A stretch of 30,726 bases of DNA from an uncultured Dictyoglomota bacterium (GCA_964654465.1 CAZZIO010000043.1:1-30726), one strand, 5' to 3'. Positions 1 to 8,995 are shown, counted from the stretch's first letter. Notes: generated by a model from the letters alone, not told the origin. Program-made: numbers and translations.

Positions 1-661
1 CGTATAAGATATATGTAAACTCCCCTGTTTGGTTACCTTTAAAAAGGTCTATAAACTTAAAGAATACCGCCCCACCTATTAAAGGAAGGGACATATAAAA
101 AGAGAATTTTGTAGCTTCATCTCTTCTTAATCCTACATACATTCCACCTGATATAGATGAACCAGACCTTGAAACTCCAGGAAAGAGGGCAAATACTTGC
201 CAAACTCCAATAATTATAGCCTTTTTTATATCTAAATCTTTAAGTTCCAAGGGCTTACTTTTATATCTTTCCAATAGGAGAAAGATAATACCAAAGACTA
301 CTACTCCCACCAAAATAATCCATATTGCAAAAGGATAAGTTTGAGGCTCTGAAATTTTCTCCACAAAAGGATCTAATAAAATCCCAAAAATACCAGCTGG
401 AATAGTGGCAAGAATTATAAGTCCAAGAATTTTCCTTTTTTCTCCCCCTTTAAATATGGCAATTAAAAACTCTATCCAATCTTTTATAAAATATAAAAAT
501 ACAGCAAGAAAAGTACCAAGATGTAATCCCACATTAAAAGTTAGCCCAAAATCGGGTACCTTAAATAAATAAGGAATTAAAATCAAATGAGCGGTACTAC
601 TTATGGGTAAAAATTCTGTTATTCCTTGGACAATACCTAAAATTATTACCCAAAATTCCAT
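1..661 (-). CDS. uppP: Undecaprenyl-diphosphate phosphatase (3' end runs off the window)
   Basis: Not in the ORF track. Manual translation from ATG at 661 gives MEFWVIILGIVQGITEFLPISSTAHL..., containing the UppP/BacA QGxTEFLPxSS motif; a later segment reads PGVSRSG. GGAGG RBS at 667-671. Confidence 0.95.
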   Translation of the reverse strand, partial: MEFWVIILGIVQGITEFLPISSTAHLILIPYLFKVPDFGLTFNVGLHLGTFLAVFLYFIKDWIEFLIAIFKGGEKRKILGLIILATIPAGIFGILLDPFVEKISEPQTYPFAIWIILVGVVVFGIIFLLLERYKSKPLELKDLDIKKAIIIGVWQVFALFPGVSRSGSSISGGMYVGLRRDEATKFSFYMSLPLIGGAVFFKFIDLFKGNQTGEFTYILY

Positions 662-670
662 AAAAACCTC

Positions 671-2032
671 CTATTTACCAACACAGAAGTTTTCAAATAT
701 CTTATCCACAATATCTAAGGATACTTCCTCACCTAACATATTCCCTAATGATCTTTCAATATCATAAAGAAAAGACCCAAGTATATCAATAGCATTAAAA
801 TTTTTCAAGGTTTTTATTGACTCATCTATTAAGTTATTTATTTTTTTTAGCTCCTCTTTGTGATATATATTTAGAAACAATCCATCTATAGATTCTTCTG
901 CAATTATATATTCTTTAAGCTTCTCTTCTAATCTATCAATACCTATATTATTTTTAGCAGACACGTATACCCTTTCTATATTCTCAGGGAAAAAGGATAG
1001 ATCAATTTTCAAAGGTAAGTCTATTTTATTGATAACTAACAAAACTTTCTTATTTTCATAACTCATTATCCCTTGAAAAAGATTCTTTTCTTCCTCAGTA
1101 ATTTCAAGACTTCCATCAAGTACAAAAAGAATAATATTTGATTTTTCAAGGATCTTTTTAGTTTTTTCCATTCCCAATTTATCCAATATATCACGGGGAA
1201 TAGAAAGACCCGCAGTATCATAAATTTTTATAAGATAACCAGATAAATAAATCTCTCCTTCGATATAATCCCTTGTAGTACCTGGTATTGGTGTTACTAT
1301 TGCCCTATCTTCCCTCATTAAAGAATTAAAAAGGCTTGACTTTCCCACATTTGGCTTTCCTACTAATATAACTTTATAGCCTTCTTTAATTAAATCACCT
1401 TTCTCCCCCTTTAATAAAAGTTCCTCTACCTCTTTTTTAATCTCTTCCAATATTCTTATCCACTCTGATTTCTCCTTCTCTTCCACATCCTCAGGAAAAT
1501 CTATGGAGGCTTCCAATTGTACTCTTAAAAATTCTACTCTATCTTTTAATTCTCTTATCCTTTTGGAAGTGTCACCTTCCAATTTTGATAGAGCTATCCT
1601 CAATGACGTTTTACTTTCTGCCCTTATAATTTCATTTATGCTTTCTGCTTGGAGAAGATCAATCTTTCCATTTAAAAAGGCTCTTTTGGTAAATTCACCT
1701 TTTTCTGCTATTCGAGCACCTTCATTAATGATAATCTTTAAAACTTCTTCAAGAATAATAGGACTCCCATGGGTAAATATCTCTACCATATCCTCGCCTG
1801 TATAGGAATTTGGACCTTTGTAAACAGCTAAAAGTACCTCATCAATGAACTCATCATTATAGTAGATTCTTCCATAATGCAAAGTATGAGAAGGTACTTT
1901 TTCAAGATCCTTCTCTCTGATAGGTAAAAAAATTTTCTTGGCAATTCCTATAGCCTGTGGTCCACTTATTCGGATTATCCCAATAGCACTATAACCAAGA
2001 GGGGTAGCTATAGCTGTAATTGTATCTTTCAT
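671..2032 (-). CDS. mnmE: tRNA modification GTPase MnmE/TrmE
   Basis: DTITAIATP N-terminus, SYTGED, GEFTKRAFLNGK, G1 GKPNVGKSS, GTTRD, DTAG, NKID, C-terminal FCVGK. Confidence 0.98.
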   Translation of the reverse strand: MKDTITAIATPLGYSAIGIIRISGPQAIGIAKKIFLPIREKDLEKVPSHTLHYGRIYYNDEFIDEVLLAVYKGPNSYTGEDMVEIFTHGSPIILEEVLKIIINEGARIAEKGEFTKRAFLNGKIDLLQAESINEIIRAESKTSLRIALSKLEGDTSKRIRELKDRVEFLRVQLEASIDFPEDVEEKEKSEWIRILEEIKKEVEELLLKGEKGDLIKEGYKVILVGKPNVGKSSLFNSLMREDRAIVTPIPGTTRDYIEGEIYLSGYLIKIYDTAGLSIPRDILDKLGMEKTKKILEKSNIILFVLDGSLEITEEEKNLFQGIMSYENKKVLLVINKIDLPLKIDLSFFPENIERVYVSAKNNIGIDRLEEKLKEYIIAEESIDGLFLNIYHKEELKKINNLIDESIKTLKNFNAIDILGSFLYDIERSLGNMLGEEVSLDIVDKIFENFCVGK

Positions 2033-2646
2033 TTTTCCTTAGGTGCTATAACCACATACCTATATGGATCTTCTCCTTCACTATATGTAATTACATCAGG
2101 ATCATTTTGCAAAGTTAAGTGAATTATTCTTCTTTCTTTTGGAGTCATAGGTTTTAGTTTGTACTCTTTCTTTTCTTTTTTTACCTTAGCAGCTATCTTC
2201 TTTGCCAACTCTTCTAAATACTTTTCTCTCCTTTCTCTATAATGATCAATATCCAAGGTAATAATATCGGTTATCTGCATTTTAGAGGCATAAAGACGGA
2301 TTATATACTCTAAGGATGAAAGTGTTCTTCCTGCAGGACCAATTAATTCTCCTAAATTATCCCCTTCAATACTTATTTTTATATTCCCATCTTCCTTTAA
2401 TATCTTTATTTTGGCTTTAACATTTAACATTTTTAAGATTTCTTTTATAAAATTCCTTAATATATCTTCAGGAATTTCCTTTATCCAAGCATATATGCGA
2501 AAAGGCCTTGCTCCTATCCCTAAAATTCCTTCTCTTCCATACTCAATAATTTTATAATCTATCTTATCAAGAGGAACTTCCAAAATCTCTTTAGCCTTGA
2601 GAAGAGCATCTTCTAAGGTCTTGCCCTCTATCTCAATCTCCTTCAT
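2029..2646 (-). CDS. jag: RNA-binding protein Jag/KhpB/EloR (Jag_N, KH, R3H)
   Basis: Jag_N 'EGKTLEDAL', KH 'LIGPAGRTL', R3H 'ERRIIH...SEGEDPYRYVVI'; usual position between yidC and mnmE. Confidence 0.95.
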   Translation of the reverse strand: MKEIEIEGKTLEDALLKAKEILEVPLDKIDYKIIEYGREGILGIGARPFRIYAWIKEIPEDILRNFIKEILKMLNVKAKIKILKEDGNIKISIEGDNLGELIGPAGRTLSSLEYIIRLYASKMQITDIITLDIDHYRERREKYLEELAKKIAAKVKKEKKEYKLKPMTPKERRIIHLTLQNDPDVITYSEGEDPYRYVVIAPKEK

Positions 2647-2653
2647 ATCAGTA

Positions 2654-3283
2654 TTAGCCCTCCTTATGGAGCCTAAATACTATATACTGTTGCAGTAACT
2701 GGAATAAACTAGATACAAGCCAATAAAGCATCACACCAGCAGGTACTTTATAAAGCAGAAACATTCCAGTAAAAAGTAAGGTTGTAAAGATATTCATAAT
2801 TTGCTGCTGTCTCTTTTGCTCTGGTGTTGAAGACAAAGAAGACAATATCCCAGAAAAATAAGTTACAATAGCCATGATAATCAAAAGAAGATAGTCTGGC
2901 TTAGTGAGATCTGACATCCATAAAAAACTGGGAGTTACAGTATACTTATAATTCAATAAAAGCTGGTACAAAGCAATAAGAATTGGAAATTGGATAAGAA
3001 GAGGTAAACACCCCATCATCGGGTTAATTCTATACTGCTGATAAAGTATCATAATCTGCTTATTCATTTCTTGAGGATCATCTTTAAATTTCTCCTGAAT
3101 CTTTTTTATCTCAGGCTGTATTTTTTGCTGAAGATATATACTTCTTAATTGGGCATGAGTTAATGGATATAAAATAATCCTTACAAGAATCACTAAAAAT
3201 ATTATAGCAACCCCATAATTCCCAGTCCAACTATAAAAAAGCTCCAAAAGATATCCTAAACCATTTGCTAAAGCATTTATCAT
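2654..3283 (-). CDS. yidC: Membrane protein insertase YidC/Oxa1 (short form)
   Basis: NYGVAII..VRIILYPL, NPMMGCLPLLIQFPI, FLW..DL, LYWLVS motifs. Confidence 0.95.
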   Translation of the reverse strand: MINALANGLGYLLELFYSWTGNYGVAIIFLVILVRIILYPLTHAQLRSIYLQQKIQPEIKKIQEKFKDDPQEMNKQIMILYQQYRINPMMGCLPLLIQFPILIALYQLLLNYKYTVTPSFLWMSDLTKPDYLLLIIMAIVTYFSGILSSLSSTPEQKRQQQIMNIFTTLLFTGMFLLYKVPAGVMLYWLVSSLFQLLQQYIVFRLHKEG

Positions 3284-3541
3284 TTATTTATTCCTCCTTT
3301 GCAATTTCAATTCTAATAATTCTTCTTTTGTAGGTACAGGATCATAACCACCCGGATTAAAAGGATGACACCTCAAAATTCTCTTTATAGCAAGAATACT
3401 CCCCTCAAAAACCCCAAACCTTTCTATGGCTTCTAAGGCGTAGGAAGAACATGTGGGATAAAAACGACAGGAAGAAGGTAAAATAGGAGATATAAATCTT
3501 TTATATATTTTTATAACTAAAACTAACAATTTCTTAAGCAT
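3284..3541 (-). CDS. yidD: Membrane protein insertion efficiency factor YidD
   Basis: [11 protein letters not shown]...[14 protein letters not shown] signature. Confidence 0.97.
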   Translation of the reverse strand: MLKKLLVLVIKIYKRFISPILPSSCRFYPTCSSYALEAIERFGVFEGSILAIKRILRCHPFNPGGYDPVPTKEELLELKLQRRNK

Positions 3542-3893
3542 CCCTTAAAATACCAGCTTTTATCCATATATTTAATAGCATATCCTTCATTTTATGATAA
3601 TTAATATTTTCTATATTTTCTCCTGGCTTAACTATTACAAGAATCTCTGCATCATCACTTAAGTAAGGTCTATGAAGTCTATATACTTCTCTTATAAGTC
3701 TCTTTATTCTATTCCTAACAACTGCAGGCCCTACTTTTTTACTTACACTTATCCCTATTCTTCTTTTTTCTCCTCTTCTTATATAAACAACAAAATTCTT
3801 AGAAAGGGAATAAGGTCTTCCCTCTCTTAAAATACGTAAAAAATCTTCTTGTCTTTTTAACCTTTCTTCTTTTGGAAATGAATAAAGTCTCAA
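3534..3893 (-). CDS. rnpA: Ribonuclease P protein component
   Basis: [24 protein letters not shown] motif; TTG start directly after the rpmH stop. Confidence 0.97.
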   Translation of the reverse strand: MRLYSFPKEERLKRQEDFLRILREGRPYSLSKNFVVYIRRGEKRRIGISVSKKVGPAVVRNRIKRLIREVYRLHRPYLSDDAEILVIVKPGENIENINYHKMKDMLLNIWIKAGILRDA

Positions 3894-4028
3894 TTATACT
3901 GTTAATCTCTTTCTTCCCTTCGCTCTTCTTCTTTTTATAACTCTTCTACCACCGGGAGTTCTCATACGGGCAAGAAAACCATGGACTCTTTTTCTATGAT
4001 GTTTTTTAGGCTGATAAGTCCTCTTCAT
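3894..4028 (-). CDS. rpmH: 50S ribosomal protein L34
   Basis: Not in the ORF track. Manual translation [44 protein letters not shown] (44 aa). Confidence 0.98.
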   Translation of the reverse strand: MKRTYQPKKHHRKRVHGFLARMRTPGGRRVIKRRRAKGRKRLTV

Positions 4029-4082
4029 TCCTTACCCTCTCCTTTTCTTTAAAAATTTCTGTATTTCTAGGGATACAAAGTA

Positions 4083-4111
4083 ATACTAACAAAAAAGGCT
4101 TTTATCGTCAA
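4083..4111 (-). promoter_or_regulatory. Sigma70-type promoter of the rpmH operon
   Basis: -35 TTGACG (4111-4106, overlapping the pncB stop), 17-nt spacer, extended -10 TGnTAGTAT (hexamer 4088-4083). Confidence 0.7.
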
Positions 4112-5292
4112 GGTAAAAACTCGGGAATGTATTTCTTTCCTCCTTTTATAATCTTAAATTCCTCGGGTAAAGAATTGATATTATTTAATATTCTCTTTCT
4201 AATATTATCTGTCTCTTCAAAGTCTCTTATGATCTTACCTTGAGATATAAGAGGCTTTAAAAGAGGCTTTTTACCAGGAAGTAATTCTGAAGTATGAAGT
4301 CTTACAGTATCGTTAAAATTTTCACTTCTCTGAACCTGTTTTGCACCTGGCATATTACCCACTTTAGCAATTGGGTTCCCATCTACTTCTACGATTTTTA
4401 ATGCAAAATCTATAACTGGAGCATTAGCTACCCTTGTTCCAATTCCAAAGGCATCTACCAAGTCTCTGTATTTTTCTACTTCATACTCATCAAGACCCCC
4501 ACTCAAAAATATCTGAATATTATTATAACCTCTTCTTGCAAATTCCCATCTAATATCTTTTATAAGATAAGAAAAATCTTTACTATCTATTCTTATACCT
4601 TGAAGCCTATCTTTCAAAGCTTCCAAAGCATTTAATGCACCTATAGTAGGAGAACCATAGGTATCTACAAGGGCAATTCTTGGTATTTTAGGATCTACAT
4701 ATTGATCAAAAGCTGAAAAAGCTTCTTTTTCGTCTCCTATAATCAAAATTAATGCATGAGGCATAGTGCCAACAGGAGTTTTATAAATATACTTTGCCCC
4801 TAACACATTAGATACTCCATCAAATCCAGACACATATGTGGCATACTCTACTACTGGAGCTAAAAATGGATGTTGTCTTCTAGTCCCAAAACTATATATC
4901 TTTTTATTTCCTGCTGCAATTCTTACACGAGCTGATTTTGTTGCAATACCTGACATAAAACAGATAAACCCTAATATAGCAGTTTCATATCGAGCAAAAT
5001 CTCTATATTTTCCCCTTATTTGGAGCACAGGCTCATAAGGGAAGAATATCTCTCCCTCTTCCATGGAATAAACATCTACTGGAAGGCCTTCTAAAAGCTT
5101 CGCTACTTCATATATTCCAAGAACTATTCCAAAGTGATAATTTTCATCAGGAAAACTTTTTGTAAAAAGTTCCATTACTACCTGAGGATTTTTGCTTAAA
5201 CCATCTAATACCTCTTCAGTCCTTAAAAAATAGGCATCAGTACATAAACCATTCTTTATTTCTTCTGGTCTTGCAATCAAAAATTCTTTCAA
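4108..5292 (-). CDS. pncB: Nicotinate phosphoribosyltransferase
   Basis: TDAYF, SGIATK, SFGTRR, GTMPHA, LVDTY, RIDS, SGGLDE, FGIGT motifs. Start placed at TTG 5292 (GGAGGAG RBS, overlaps the pncA stop) rather than ATG 5307. Confidence 0.92.
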   Translation of the reverse strand: MKEFLIARPEEIKNGLCTDAYFLRTEEVLDGLSKNPQVVMELFTKSFPDENYHFGIVLGIYEVAKLLEGLPVDVYSMEEGEIFFPYEPVLQIRGKYRDFARYETAILGFICFMSGIATKSARVRIAAGNKKIYSFGTRRQHPFLAPVVEYATYVSGFDGVSNVLGAKYIYKTPVGTMPHALILIIGDEKEAFSAFDQYVDPKIPRIALVDTYGSPTIGALNALEALKDRLQGIRIDSKDFSYLIKDIRWEFARRGYNNIQIFLSGGLDEYEVEKYRDLVDAFGIGTRVANAPVIDFALKIVEVDGNPIAKVGNMPGAKQVQRSENFNDTVRLHTSELLPGKKPLLKPLISQGKIIRDFEETDNIRKRILNNINSLPEEFKIIKGGKKYIPEFLP

Positions 5293-5840
5293 TTTATCTC
5301 CTCCCATTTTTCTATAAATTCTTGAGTTGTATATATCTTTGCATTATGAATATCTTTCATATATTTTAAAGCTCTTTCATGCTCTTCGGGGACAAAAGAT
5401 GCTGTGGCATCTGAAATAACAATCACCTCAAATCCTCTAAAAAAGGCATCAGCAGAATTGTGAAGTACACATATATGGGTGCTTGTACCTGTAAGTATCA
5501 CTGTATCCACATTATGTTTCTTTAAAACATCTTCAAGATCTGTTTTATAAAAACCGCTATAAACTTTCTTATTTATTACATAATCTTGAGGAGAAGGGGC
5601 AAGTTCAGGTATTATCTCAGAACCTTTATCTCCTTCCATAGCATGTTTTCCCCATAAGGAAAGCTCTTTATCCTCCTCAGAATGAGAATCTCTTAAATAG
5701 ATAACAGGTATATTTTTCTCATGAGCTTTTTCAATAAGAAGCTTAATATTAGGAACTATCTCTTGAGCATATGGATTACCAAACTTTCCTGTAACAAAAT
5801 CTACTACCATATCCACTATAATTAAAGCAGGACGCATCAT
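5289..5840 (-). CDS. pncA: Nicotinamidase / isochorismatase-family cysteine hydrolase
   Basis: ALIIVDM (Asp), D-x-H metal ligands, WGKH, K in KKVYSGF, GTSTHICV (Cys); coupled to pncB. Confidence 0.8.
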   Translation of the reverse strand: MMRPALIIVDMVVDFVTGKFGNPYAQEIVPNIKLLIEKAHEKNIPVIYLRDSHSEEDKELSLWGKHAMEGDKGSEIIPELAPSPQDYVINKKVYSGFYKTDLEDVLKKHNVDTVILTGTSTHICVLHNSADAFFRGFEVIVISDATASFVPEEHERALKYMKDIHNAKIYTTQEFIEKWEEIN

Positions 5841-5869
5841 ACTCCCCCTTTCTATTCTCTTTGATTTCT

Positions 5870-5898
5870 ATTATAACAATAACAATAAAAAATATAAA
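5870..5898 (-). promoter_or_regulatory. Promoter of pncA-pncB
   Basis: Extended -10 TGTTATAAT (5878-5870); TTTATA 17 nt upstream of the hexamer; AAAGGGGGAG RBS before the ATG. Confidence 0.6.
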
Positions 5899-5930
5899 TA
5901 AAGAAGGAAGGCCTCTATAGACCTTCCTTC
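5886..5930 (-). terminator. Rho-independent terminator after the microprotein gene
   Basis: Minus strand reads GAAGGAAGGTC-TATAGA-GGCCTTCCTTC followed by TTTATTTATATTTTTT. Confidence 0.8.
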
Positions 5931-5962
5931 AAGAATGATCTAAAAATTAGAAAATTAAAATC

Positions 5963-6040
5963 CTATTTCTTCCCCTTCATGAAATACCAAATAAGAAGAA
6001 TAATCACAATAACTATCAACACCCACCAATACCACGCCAT
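5963..6040 (-). CDS. 25-aa single-pass membrane microprotein MAWYWWVLIVIVIILLIWYFMKGKK
   Basis: Manual translation; AAAGGGGG RBS about 9 nt upstream; hydrophobic helix with aromatic caps and a basic tail; flanked by its own promoter and terminator. Confidence 0.8.
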   Translation of the reverse strand: MAWYWWVLIVIVIILLIWYFMKGKK

Positions 6041-6079
6041 CTTATTTTTCCCCCTTTCTATAAGTACTAACTATAAATA

Positions 6080-6108
6080 AGTTTATTCCTTTTCTTCCCA
6101 TATGTCAA
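6080..6108 (-). promoter_or_regulatory. Consensus promoter for the microprotein gene, inside the yjbQ 3' end
   Basis: Perfect -35 TTGACA (6108-6103), 17-nt spacer, -10 TAAACT (6085-6080). Confidence 0.7.
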
Positions 6109-6487
6109 CCCACACTTTTCTATACCTTGGTCCATCAAACTCCGCAAGAAAGACTCCTTGCCAAGTTCCAAGATTAAGCTTACCCTCCCTTACAAATAGA
6201 AAGGTATTTGTCCCTACAATAGTACTCTTAATATGAGCAGGAGAATTTCCTTCAGCATGAGCATAGGGAATGTTAGAGGGAACTATCTTATCATAAGTAG
6301 ATATAATATCTCTCACCACACTAGGATCATAATTTTCATTTATTAATATTCCTGCTGTAGTATGAGGGACAAAAATGAAACAAATTCCATTTTTTACATT
6401 ACTTTTCTTTATAGCTTCTTCAATCTTATCTGTTATATCTACAAGAGCCACCTTTTGAGGAGTAGATACGGAGATTTCGTAAAACAT
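6083..6487 (-). CDS. yjbQ: YjbQ/UPF0047 family protein (secondary thiamine-phosphate synthase family)
   Basis: PHTTAG..INEN.DP, H.EGNSPAHIKS, LGTWQGVFLAEFDGPR.R motifs. Confidence 0.93.
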   Translation of the reverse strand: MFYEISVSTPQKVALVDITDKIEEAIKKSNVKNGICFIFVPHTTAGILINENYDPSVVRDIISTYDKIVPSNIPYAHAEGNSPAHIKSTIVGTNTFLFVREGKLNLGTWQGVFLAEFDGPRYRKVWVDIWEEKE

Positions 6488-6588
6488 AAGCCTGCTTTCC
6501 TCCCTTCTTTTTATTTTTCCTATTTTTTCATTATAATAAATATTAGGAAGATTTAGAAATACAAAAGTTTTAGGGGGTGTAATAAAAA

Positions 6589-8049
6589 ATGGGAAATGAA
6601 TGGAAAGGAAAACTTATTAAGATAGATGATTATAGATATATGATACCTGAGGATCATAAGCCTTTTATGAAGGTACCGGGGATTATATTTGCTGATGAAA
6701 AATTAATGGAAGATATCGTTAAAGACCAATCTCCAGAACAAGTAGCCAACGTTGCATCTCTACCTGGCATACTAAAATACTCTTTAGCTATGCCAGATAT
6801 CCATTGGGGATATGGATTTCCTATAGGTGGAGTAGCAGCTATGAAGAAAAAGGGAGGGGTTATTTCTCCAGGAGGTGTAGGATACGATATAAATTGCGGT
6901 GTAAGATTGATAAGAACTAATTTATCAAAAGAAGATGTTTTACCAAAGATAAGAGAGTTGGTAGATGAGCTTTTTGATAAGATACCAGCTGGTGTAGGCT
7001 CAGAAGGAGATCTGAGGGTAAAAGGTAAAGAACTTGATGAGGTACTTGAAAAAGGTGCTCAATGGGCTGTAAAACAGGGTTATGGATGGAAAGAAGATTT
7101 AGAACATATAGAAGAAAGAGGAAGACTAACATATGCAGATCCAGATAAGGTATCCAAAAAAGCAAAGGAAAGAGGAGAGTATCAATTAGGTACTTTGGGC
7201 TCAGGAAACCACTTCTTGGAAATTCAGGTAGTTAGCAGAGTTTTCGAGCCAGAAATAGCTGACAAGTTAGGAATCTTTCCAGATCAGATAGTAATTATGG
7301 TACATACAGGATCTCGTGGTCTTGGACACCAGGTAGCAGAAGATTATATCAGAGTAATGTCTAATGCCATGAGAAAATATGGCATTGAAGTACCTGATAA
7401 ACAACTTGCTTGTGCTCCCTTTGATTCTCCTGAGGGTCAAGATTATTTCTCAGCCATGTCTTGTGCAGCCAACTTTGCTTGGGCAAATAGACAAATGATA
7501 ACCCACTGGGTGAGAGAGGTATTTGAAAAAGTATTTAGGGAGGGGGCTGAATCCTTAGGAATGAGGCTTATTTATGATGTGGCCCACAATATTGCCAAAT
7601 TAGAGGAACACGATATTGATGGAAAAATAGAAGAGGTAATAGTACATAGAAAAGGAGCTACAAGAGCCTTTCCAGCAGGACATCCAGACCTTCCAGAAGA
7701 TTACAAGGATATAGGTCAGCCAGTGATAATACCCGGAGATATGGGAAGATCTTCTTTTCTTCTTATAGGTCTTCCTAAGGCAATGGAACTCTCCTTTGGA
7801 TCTACTTGCCACGGAGCAGGAAGAACCCAAAGCAGAAGTAAGCTTTTAAAAAGTGGCTTAAGAGCTTCGGATATTGAAAGGGAGCTACTTGAAAGAGGGA
7901 TTATAGTAAAAGCAGCATCTAAGGCTTCTATAGTAGAAGAGGCTTCAGAAGCTTACAAAAATGTAGTAGATGTGGTAAATGTAGTACATAACGCAGAAAT
8001 TTCAAAAAGAGTTGCTCAGATGAAACCATTAGCTGTAATTAAAGGATAG
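6589..8049 (+). CDS. rtcB: RNA-splicing/repair ligase RtcB (long, archaeal/eukaryote-like form)
   Basis: MPDIHWGYGFPIGGV, GYDINCG, LGSGNHFLE, HTGSRG, YDVAHN, HRKGATRA, STCHGAGR, EE...AYK motifs. Confidence 0.97.
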   Translation: MGNEWKGKLIKIDDYRYMIPEDHKPFMKVPGIIFADEKLMEDIVKDQSPEQVANVASLPGILKYSLAMPDIHWGYGFPIGGVAAMKKKGGVISPGGVGYDINCGVRLIRTNLSKEDVLPKIRELVDELFDKIPAGVGSEGDLRVKGKELDEVLEKGAQWAVKQGYGWKEDLEHIEERGRLTYADPDKVSKKAKERGEYQLGTLGSGNHFLEIQVVSRVFEPEIADKLGIFPDQIVIMVHTGSRGLGHQVAEDYIRVMSNAMRKYGIEVPDKQLACAPFDSPEGQDYFSAMSCAANFAWANRQMITHWVREVFEKVFREGAESLGMRLIYDVAHNIAKLEEHDIDGKIEEVIVHRKGATRAFPAGHPDLPEDYKDIGQPVIIPGDMGRSSFLLIGLPKAMELSFGSTCHGAGRTQSRSKLLKSGLRASDIERELLERGIIVKAASKASIVEEASEAYKNVVDVVNVVHNAEISKRVAQMKPLAVIKG

Positions 8050-8088
8050 AAAAAAGGGGAAGGACGTAAGCGCCCTTCCCCTTTAAAA
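8050..8088. terminator. Likely bidirectional terminator between rtcB and the beta-barrel gene
   Basis: AAAGGGGAAGG-ACGTAAGCGC-CCTTCCCCTTT hairpin between convergent stops; longer U-tract on the minus strand. Confidence 0.85.
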
Positions 8089-8096
8089 TAGTTCCC

Positions 8097-8972
8097 TCAA
8101 AAACTCATAGAAAGCCCTACTCTATGGTAAAATCCACCCAAGTTTAAAGAGTATAAAAGAGCATAATCAATTACTATATTATCCTTTTTAAAACCAAGAC
8201 CAAAAGTAGGAGAATCCACATTCCATCCTAATCTCACATATACGACTTTCCTAAACAAATATTCCCCACCAATCTGGAAACTTAAAGATGGAATACTAAC
8301 ATTTCCAGATACTGCTAAGTTTTCTGATTGATATGAAAGTCCAACCTTGATGTTTGGTGTTATTGGTTCATCATAAGATTCTGTTCCATCAGACCATGAC
8401 ACATTATTATAAAGATTATAAACTACAGCTCCAATTTTAACTTGAGGAGTAAGTTTAAATATTACTCCTAAATCTATACCAAAGCCTTCTGAATTATAAG
8501 GAGATGGTAAAACTGCCCACATTCTTTTTATATTCATTCCTACAGAAAGATTAGAAAACAAAACTTTACCTATAGAATAGGCTAACACATTCTCAGAATA
8601 GGGTACTCCTAATTCTTCATCAGGAGAAATTCTACTATAATATAATGCACTTGCCCACATTCCCTTATCAGGTACAGCAAAGGATATAATAGTACCTGTT
8701 ATGTTAGGTCCGCTAAAACCAAGACTTTCCGGAGTTAAACCTAAATAATTATAGGAGATAAAAAATTGAGAATTATAAAGTCTTGCTATTGATGCTGGAT
8801 TATATGTAATCCCATTAATATCTCCTTCTATTGCTATAAAAGCACCTCCCATACCCATAGCCCTTGGACTCCATGAAAGATAAGGTCCTTCAGAAAAACC
8901 CCCATAGGTTTGAGCATAAGATCCAGAGGATAAAATTGTTATAGCTAAAATAAGAAACACTATTTTTCGCAT
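8097..8972 (-). CDS. Outer-membrane beta-barrel protein, PorV/PorQ (FadL-like, UPF0164) family
   Basis: Signal peptide MRKIVFLILAITILSSGSYA; plug motif 'SPRAMGMGGAFIAIEGDINGITYNPASIA'; alternating amphipathic strands; C-terminal Phe (VGLSMSF). Start moved to ATG 8972 with AGGAGGAG RBS. Confidence 0.75.
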   Translation of the reverse strand: MRKIVFLILAITILSSGSYAQTYGGFSEGPYLSWSPRAMGMGGAFIAIEGDINGITYNPASIARLYNSQFFISYNYLGLTPESLGFSGPNITGTIISFAVPDKGMWASALYYSRISPDEELGVPYSENVLAYSIGKVLFSNLSVGMNIKRMWAVLPSPYNSEGFGIDLGVIFKLTPQVKIGAVVYNLYNNVSWSDGTESYDEPITPNIKVGLSYQSENLAVSGNVSIPSLSFQIGGEYLFRKVVYVRLGWNVDSPTFGLGFKKDNIVIDYALLYSLNLGGFYHRVGLSMSF

Positions 8973-8995
8973 TTTAACTCTCCTCCTAAAAATTA

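Noticed and set aside
702-710. Perfect DnaA box TTATCCACA (near match at 1456-1464), suggesting oriC
   Set aside because: Isolated boxes inside the mnmE coding sequence; no cluster, no intergenic unwinding region, no dnaA.
5870-5890. AACAAT tandem repeat upstream of pncA as an NAD-regulator site
   Set aside because: Short, AT-rich, overlaps the -10, and does not match an NrtR/NiaR-type palindrome I can recognise.
5963-6085. Microprotein ORF is in frame with yjbQ, suggesting a read-through membrane anchor
   Set aside because: A second in-frame stop (TAG) lies four codons after the yjbQ stop, and the small ORF has its own RBS and promoter.
6880-6910. Intein in RtcB at the GYDINC site, where some archaeal homologs carry one
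   Set aside because: The sequence reads GYDINCGVRL uninterrupted and the length is normal.
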